DNA of 51,764 bases from Desulfobacteraceae bacterium (GTDB taxonomy: Bacteria > Desulfobacterota > Desulfobacteria > Desulfobacterales > ETH-SRB1), in assembly GCA_014237365.1 (NCBI GenBank), contig JABZFQ010000263.1, forward strand, positions 1-51,764, read 5' to 3'. The notes beneath the pieces were generated by a model that worked only from the letters and a program-made list of their open reading frames with translations, was not told the DNA's origin and made no database searches. Below are positions 46,686-51,764 of this stretch, piece after piece. Numbering within the stretch: position 1 is the stretch's first letter; every line of letters begins with the position of its first letter. The translations under genes and the position numbers were made by a program.

Positions 46686-46784
46686 TCAGGTTTTGTTTGG
46701 AAGTGTATCAAACAAAATCGTTCAAAATACGAAAGATTGCACTGTGTGGGTGGTTGAATGAGCTCATCTGTTGCCATAGAAAAG
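46685..46784 (+). repeat. Right copy of the ~100-bp direct repeat bracketing the CRISPR-Cas island
   Basis: See 32614-32714. Contains an orphan copy of the USP C-terminal coding sequence (QVLFGSVSNKIVQNTKDCTVWVVE*) and the genuine start of the FAD-oxidoreductase gene. Confidence 0.9.
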
Positions 46785-48041
46785 ATAGGAATAATAGGTG
46801 GGGGGATAGGTGGTCTGTTTTTAACCTCATATATTGTCCAAAACTGGCCTGACTATCCGGATATATACCTGTTTGACCCAAGATTTGATGAAAGGGGAGA
46901 AGCACGCACCAGCCGTACGTCAGGGTTTGTTTATCAAGGCTGGGCCGGTTCATACGGTATCCCGCACGTTGATCCTTCAATCGTTGTGCATAAAATTTAT
47001 ACAATAACATTTCATAAAGGTTCTAAAAGTGTCGAGATTTCTGACCCGCTTGGACGAAAGATTTGTATAATAAACCGCAATCCTGTCTGGATGAATGGAA
47101 GGTTAATTCCAAGCATATATCAGCATATACGGACATATATCTCCAAGTATGAAAGAATACATTTTCTTCCTTTCAGAGTGAATGATATTTATTTCCCTCA
47201 TGGCCAGGGTTCGAACGGAAATTTTAAAATCCTGTGTAATGATTATGACGGAAAAAAGCATCAGATAGACGTGAACGGAGTTGTTTTTACTACACTGCCA
47301 TCTAAAATAAAGGAAATACTATCGAAAAAAATTGGATACAGGCCTCCAAAAACATGGCCTGGAGCTGTTTTTGATGTTTATCTTAAAAAAGAGGAATGGC
47401 TCCCAAAGTACCAGACACTCCATAAATTTTTTGTTGGTGGCGGGAAAATTCATACAATAGATTTGATACCAAAACGTGATACGCTTACGATCATGGCTTT
47501 AGGAAAAGGCGCTACAATGCCGGTTTTATACGAGCATATTGATAAGAATCCTGATATACAAAGATGCTTGCCTGAGCATTGGAGAACCCGCATAGTTGAA
47601 GGCAGTGCAGGCACCCTTAATATACCTGTCACTTCAGCAAAAAATGCCGTATCAGATGGTATAGCATGTCTTGGAGGGCATGTATTTGGAGCGCTGTTAA
47701 TTAACGGCGGACTTTATACCAATTTATGGGCAGCAGAATTTCTGGCTAAAGCAATTAAAAAAAGGGGTTTTCATAAAAAGGGTCTTGAAAGGCTTTATTT
47801 TGCAAAATTGAAAAAGATTCTCTGTTTTCAGAACTTAATCGGAAAGACAATTTATATGCTGACAGACAGTTTTCTTCTTCCTTCTACTATCATATCTTAC
47901 TTTCTTTTTCGTAAATTTGTAAAAGAAAAAGAACTTGCTCCTGAAAAAAGGATATTGACGAGGTTTGCATGGGATCTCTTGATTGGAGAGGAGTCTTTTT
48001 CGCAGGTATTGATTAGGTTTTTAAGGGGATTATCAATATAA
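46758..48041 (+). CDS. FAD/NAD(P)-binding oxidoreductase
   Basis: N-terminal dinucleotide fold KIGIIGGGIGGLF. 427 aa. The ATG overlaps the orphan USP stop (ATGA). Confidence 0.65.
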   Translation: MSSSVAIEKIGIIGGGIGGLFLTSYIVQNWPDYPDIYLFDPRFDERGEARTSRTSGFVYQGWAGSYGIPHVDPSIVVHKIYTITFHKGSKSVEISDPLGRKICIINRNPVWMNGRLIPSIYQHIRTYISKYERIHFLPFRVNDIYFPHGQGSNGNFKILCNDYDGKKHQIDVNGVVFTTLPSKIKEILSKKIGYRPPKTWPGAVFDVYLKKEEWLPKYQTLHKFFVGGGKIHTIDLIPKRDTLTIMALGKGATMPVLYEHIDKNPDIQRCLPEHWRTRIVEGSAGTLNIPVTSAKNAVSDGIACLGGHVFGALLINGGLYTNLWAAEFLAKAIKKRGFHKKGLERLYFAKLKKILCFQNLIGKTIYMLTDSFLLPSTIISYFLFRKFVKEKELAPEKRILTRFAWDLLIGEESFSQVLIRFLRGLSI

Positions 48042-48104
48042 AACTGAAAAGTGGTCAAACATTTTTTTTGACCGGATATACGGGATGATGAGTAAGGATT
48101 ATTT

Positions 48105-49349
48105 ATGAACTTTATAGCTGTAATTATTCTGATAACTATTATTGTTGACTTTGTATTGAATGGACTGGCTGATATACTGAATCTAAAGGGTTTAAAAACC
48201 GATCTCCCGGAATCGTTCAAGGGTTATTATGACGCAGACAGTTACCGCAAGTCTCAGGAATATCTGCATGTTAATACAAAATTCGGATGGATTACATCCT
48301 CCTTTAATATGTTATTAATCCTGGTATTCTGGTTCGGGAAAGGCTTTCCAATATTAGATCAATGGGTACGATCCTGGAATTTTGGATATATCATGACAGG
48401 CCTGTTATACACAGGCTTATTACTTTTATTTAAAGCAATCTTATCATTGCCTTTCAGCATTTATTCTACATTTGTTATTGAAGAGCGTTTTGGGTTTAAT
48501 AAGACTAAATGGTCCACATTTATAATGGACATAGTAAAAGGATTTTTGTTATCAGTCCTGCTTGGCGCACCTCTTCTGGCAGGCATACTTGCTTTTTTTG
48601 AATATGCCGGGGCAAATGCCTGGCTGTATTGCTGGATAGCAGTAACAATATTTATGCTTATTATTCAATTTATTGCACCAACATGGATTATGCCTCTTTT
48701 TAACAAATTTAATCCTCTTGAAGATGGAGACCTGAAAAATGCTATCATGTCATATGCGCGTTCTATAAAATTCTCCCTTGAAAATGTTTTTGTAATGGAT
48801 GGCTCTAAACGTTCTGCCAAGTCTAATGCTTTTTTCACAGGTTTTGGCAAGCACAAGCGGATTGTTTTGTTTGATACATTAATTAAACAGCACACTGTGA
48901 ATGAGCTGGTGGCAGTGCTTGCACATGAAATGGGCCATTTTAAGAAAAAGCATATATTGCAGACAATGATTATCGGCATTGTTCAACTGGGAATAATGTT
49001 TTTTTTGTTGTCTGTTTTTGTTTCCTATCAGGGACTTTTTGATGCATTTTACATGGAACAAAAATCTGTTTATGCAGGACTTATTTTTTTTAGCATGTTT
49101 TACTCACCCATTGAATTTTTTGCAGGAATTTTAATGCAAATGCTTTCCCGTAAAAATGAATATGAGGCAGATAGATTTGCTGTAGAAACCACTCAAGATC
49201 CCCAATCCATGGCTGATGCATTAAAAAAACTTTCGGTTAACAATCTTTCTAATCTTCTACCGCATCCGTTTTATGTTTTTTTAAACTATTCTCATCCACC
49301 GGTTTTGGAAAGAATTGAAGAAATTATGACAGCAGGGATTAGGGATTAG
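48105..49349 (+). CDS. M48 family zinc metalloprotease (Ste24/HtpX-like, with N-terminal M48_N membrane domain)
   Basis: Multiple TM segments, HEMGH zinc motif, 414 aa. The last codons GIRD* are encoded by GGGATTAGGGATTAG heptamer repeats. Confidence 0.85.
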   Translation: MNFIAVIILITIIVDFVLNGLADILNLKGLKTDLPESFKGYYDADSYRKSQEYLHVNTKFGWITSSFNMLLILVFWFGKGFPILDQWVRSWNFGYIMTGLLYTGLLLLFKAILSLPFSIYSTFVIEERFGFNKTKWSTFIMDIVKGFLLSVLLGAPLLAGILAFFEYAGANAWLYCWIAVTIFMLIIQFIAPTWIMPLFNKFNPLEDGDLKNAIMSYARSIKFSLENVFVMDGSKRSAKSNAFFTGFGKHKRIVLFDTLIKQHTVNELVAVLAHEMGHFKKKHILQTMIIGIVQLGIMFFLLSVFVSYQGLFDAFYMEQKSVYAGLIFFSMFYSPIEFFAGILMQMLSRKNEYEADRFAVETTQDPQSMADALKKLSVNNLSNLLPHPFYVFLNYSHPPVLERIEEIMTAGIRD

Positions 49350-49408
49350 AGAGCCATTGCAGGCAAACCAAATGATATTTTTGAATGGATAGATCATAGG
49401 AGTTACTG

Positions 49409-50206
49409 ATGGGCCAAAAAAATATTAAAATGATTTCATGGAATGTTAATGGCCTTAGAGCTGTGATAAAGAAGGATTTTCATAAATCTTTAAAGAATAT
49501 GGATGCAGACATTGTTGCTTTACAGGAAACAAAGCTTCAGGAACCTCAGCTTACTGAAAAAATGAAGAATATTGATGACTATGAATCATACTGGTCTTTT
49601 TCCACTGTCAAGAAAGGATACAGCGGTGTTGGTGTTTATACAAGGATAAAACCCAGGAATATTAAATATGGTATCGGTGTATCAAAATATGATGATGAGG
49701 GGCGTATTATTGAACTGGATTTTAAAAACTTCATTTTTTTTAATATATATTTCCCAAACGGACAAATGAGCGAGGAAAGACTTCAGTACAAACTTTATTT
49801 TTACAGAAATTTTTTTGAATATATTGATGCTTATAAGGATAAAGGGAAATGCTTGATAATCACCGGAGATTACAATACCGCTCATAATGAGATTGATTTG
49901 AAACACCCGAAGGCAAATGAAAAAAGATCCGGCTTTCTGAGGATTGAACGTGACTGGATGGATAGAATAATTAATAACGGCTATATTGATACGTTCAGAT
50001 ATTTATATCCGGATAGAGTAAAATATTCATGGTGGACATACAGGTTCAATGCCAGAGCTAACAATGCAGGTTGGCGTATTGATTACTTCTTTGTAACGCA
50101 AAATATTATTGATAAAGGATGGCTCAGGCAAGCATTTATTGATAACGATGTCTATGGATCTGATCACTGCCCTGTCGGCATTGATTTGAAGATTGATTCG
50201 CTATAG
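49409..50206 (+). CDS. xth: Exodeoxyribonuclease III
   Basis: MISWNVNGLRA, LQETK, GDYNTAHNEIDL, SDHCPV motifs of the EEP (endonuclease/exonuclease/phosphatase) family. Confidence 0.9.
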   Translation: MGQKNIKMISWNVNGLRAVIKKDFHKSLKNMDADIVALQETKLQEPQLTEKMKNIDDYESYWSFSTVKKGYSGVGVYTRIKPRNIKYGIGVSKYDDEGRIIELDFKNFIFFNIYFPNGQMSEERLQYKLYFYRNFFEYIDAYKDKGKCLIITGDYNTAHNEIDLKHPKANEKRSGFLRIERDWMDRIINNGYIDTFRYLYPDRVKYSWWTYRFNARANNAGWRIDYFFVTQNIIDKGWLRQAFIDNDVYGSDHCPVGIDLKIDSL

Positions 50207-50343
50207 ACTTTCAGATAAATAATGTAAATATTCGGTTAACCCTTTATGCTTTAATTTCAATATGTTAAAAAAGGAAAAATCCGAGTAAAAAATATAACCC
50301 ACCTGATTATCTGTATAAGAATTATGGTGTGGAGGGGCAAACA

Positions 50344-51764
50344 ATGAAATTCCCGTACGGTATATCTGACTTTAGAAAGGTTAATACGCAGGGCTATTTT
50401 TATTGTGACAGGACAGATAAGATCCCTTTGCTTGAAAAATCGGATTTTCAACTGTTCATCCGTCCCAGACGTTTTGGCAAGAGCCTTGTTCTTTCCATGC
50501 TGGAGAATTACTATGATGTGGCAAAAAAGGATGAATTTGAAAAGATTTTTGGAGATTTAAAAATCGGGAAGAATCCTACTGATCTGCGTAATTCATATTT
50601 TATTCTGAAATTCGATTTTTCATGTGTTGATCCCACCGGCAGCGCTGAAGATGTGAAAAAGGCTCTGTTCAATCATATTAATGCATGTATTGAAGAGTTT
50701 TATGATTTTTATAATTATAAAGGCTATGAATTGCCTCAAATAAAGATTAATTTTGATGATGCCCTGTATTCATTGAAATCACTTATTAGTTCGGTCCGCA
50801 GAACTCCATACCCTGTTTATCTTCTGATAGATGAATATGATAATTTTGCCAATACAATGATGATGGGCGTGCAGCGCTCTGAAGGCAGATATGAGGCTCT
50901 TGTGCATGAAGAAGGACCATTGAGAACTTTTTTCAAGGCAATAAAAGCCTCCACTTCAGGCTCCATGTTAGATCGTGTGTTTATTACAGGAGTTTCACCT
51001 GTGGTGATGAGCGATATCACAAGCGGTTATAATATTGCAAAAAACATATATTTTGAACCTGAGTTTAATGACCTGTGCGGGTTCAGACATACTGAACTTG
51101 AAGATGTGATTACAAGGATTGTTGATGAATGCGGTTTTGAAAAGAAAAAAATTCAAGAGGCTCTTGATTTAATGCAGACTTATTACAATGGGTATAGTTT
51201 CTCCCATACAGCAGATGAGTCTGTTTATAACCCGACTTTGGCAATATATTTTCTGGAACAGTTTGAAAAATCGTGCTCCTACCCCAGAGAGATGCTGGAT
51301 ACCAACCTTGCCGTGGATGATGCAAAGCTTGAGTATATTGCCCAGGTACCCAGAGGAAGAGATCTTCTTATGAATTTGATGGAAAAGGATCAGCGAGTTG
51401 TTGCATCAAGAATCAGCAAACGTTTCGGCATTAAGGATATGCTCACAGACAAATCTCGCGACAATACATTCCTGGTATCTTTTCTCTATTATTTTGGGGT
51501 ACTGACCATTGTCGGTGACACCGAAAATCTGAAGGTTATTTTAAAAGTTCCCAATTTAGTTATGCTGGGTCTTTATGTGGAACGGATTCAGAAGATGCTT
51601 CTGCCTGAACCTGAGGACAGGGATGATGGCAGGGATGTTGCGGAACTGGTCTATCAAAAAGGGGATATGGCTCCTTTGTGCAGATTCATGGAGGATAGAT
51701 ATTTCAAGGTTTTTCATAACAGGGATTACAGATGGGCCAATGAATTAACTGTAAAGACTGCTTT
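50344..51764 (+). CDS. AAA-ATPase-like (PF09820-type) plus PD-(D/E)XK (PDDEXK_9-type) protein, 3'-partial (runs off the window)
   Basis: Not in the ORF track because it has no stop in the window. Frame translated by hand: MKFPYGISDFRKVNTQGYFYCDRTDKIPLLEK...FIRPRRFGKSLVLSMLENYY...LLIDEYDNF. GGAGGGG ribosome-binding site upstream. Confidence 0.75.
   Translation, partial: MKFPYGISDFRKVNTQGYFYCDRTDKIPLLEKSDFQLFIRPRRFGKSLVLSMLENYYDVAKKDEFEKIFGDLKIGKNPTDLRNSYFILKFDFSCVDPTGSAEDVKKALFNHINACIEEFYDFYNYKGYELPQIKINFDDALYSLKSLISSVRRTPYPVYLLIDEYDNFANTMMMGVQRSEGRYEALVHEEGPLRTFFKAIKASTSGSMLDRVFITGVSPVVMSDITSGYNIAKNIYFEPEFNDLCGFRHTELEDVITRIVDECGFEKKKIQEALDLMQTYYNGYSFSHTADESVYNPTLAIYFLEQFEKSCSYPREMLDTNLAVDDAKLEYIAQVPRGRDLLMNLMEKDQRVVASRISKRFGIKDMLTDKSRDNTFLVSFLYYFGVLTIVGDTENLKVILKVPNLVMLGLYVERIQKMLLPEPEDRDDGRDVAELVYQKGDMAPLCRFMEDRYFKVFHNRDYRWANELTVKTA

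Noticed and set aside
44104-46852. Tracked ORFs on both strands inside the CRISPR array (for example 44104-44310, 44960-45253, 45734-45994, 46451-46777, 46475-46852)
   Set aside because: Their translations are dominated by the repeated peptide FNQTRMELK (or FQFHSGLIK on the other strand). This is simply the CRISPR repeat read in frame, so they are artefacts.

Overview
AT-rich chromosomal window. The gene content (tetraheme cytochrome c3, Tat export, Moco biosynthesis, Lon, HisS/AspS) suggests a sulfate-reducer-like Desulfobacterota genome; this is inference only. There are three layers. (1) Housekeeping backbone: a minus-strand run mobA, moaE-like, moaC, rmuC, mltA, tatA/B, tatC, cytochrome c3 (2.0-8.5 kb). 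It continues with pyrR, moaB, hisS, aspS, tRNA-Asn, recD2, gmhB, rlpA, lon, hsp20, an MFS transporter, an OYE-USP oxidoreductase (17-32.7 kb), then an FAD oxidoreductase, M48 protease, xth and a partial AAA-ATPase-like/PD-(D/E)XK gene (46.7-51.8 kb). (2) Two inserted blocks, each bracketed by direct repeats. One is a visibly GC-richer signalling island at 8.6-16.9 kb: TonB-dependent receptor, YfiR/DUF4154, hybrid histidine kinase, REC-PAS-GGDEF-EAL. The other is a ~14-kb type I CRISPR-Cas island at 32.7-46.7 kb. The Cas island has an unusual effector gene order: cas5, cas3, a 465-aa large-subunit candidate, cas7, cas6. It also carries a truncated cas6 paralog at its left edge and a 2.8-kb non-cas insert (tail-anchored heptad-repeat protein plus AlbA_2/Schlafen-type protein). 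This insert separates the effector module from cas4-cas1-cas2 and a 43-repeat array. (3) A very dense repeat layer. It includes 11 copies or fragments of one ~184-bp MITE with 27-bp terminal inverted repeats and T(T/A)A target duplications, one carrying a second MITE nested inside it and several rewriting gene 3' ends. It also includes an IS3-type remnant, STRR-like heptamer tandem repeats forming intergenic hairpins, and a telomere-like (GGGATTA)n G-tract block. Family assignments rest on motifs read by eye from the ORF translations. No database search was possible.
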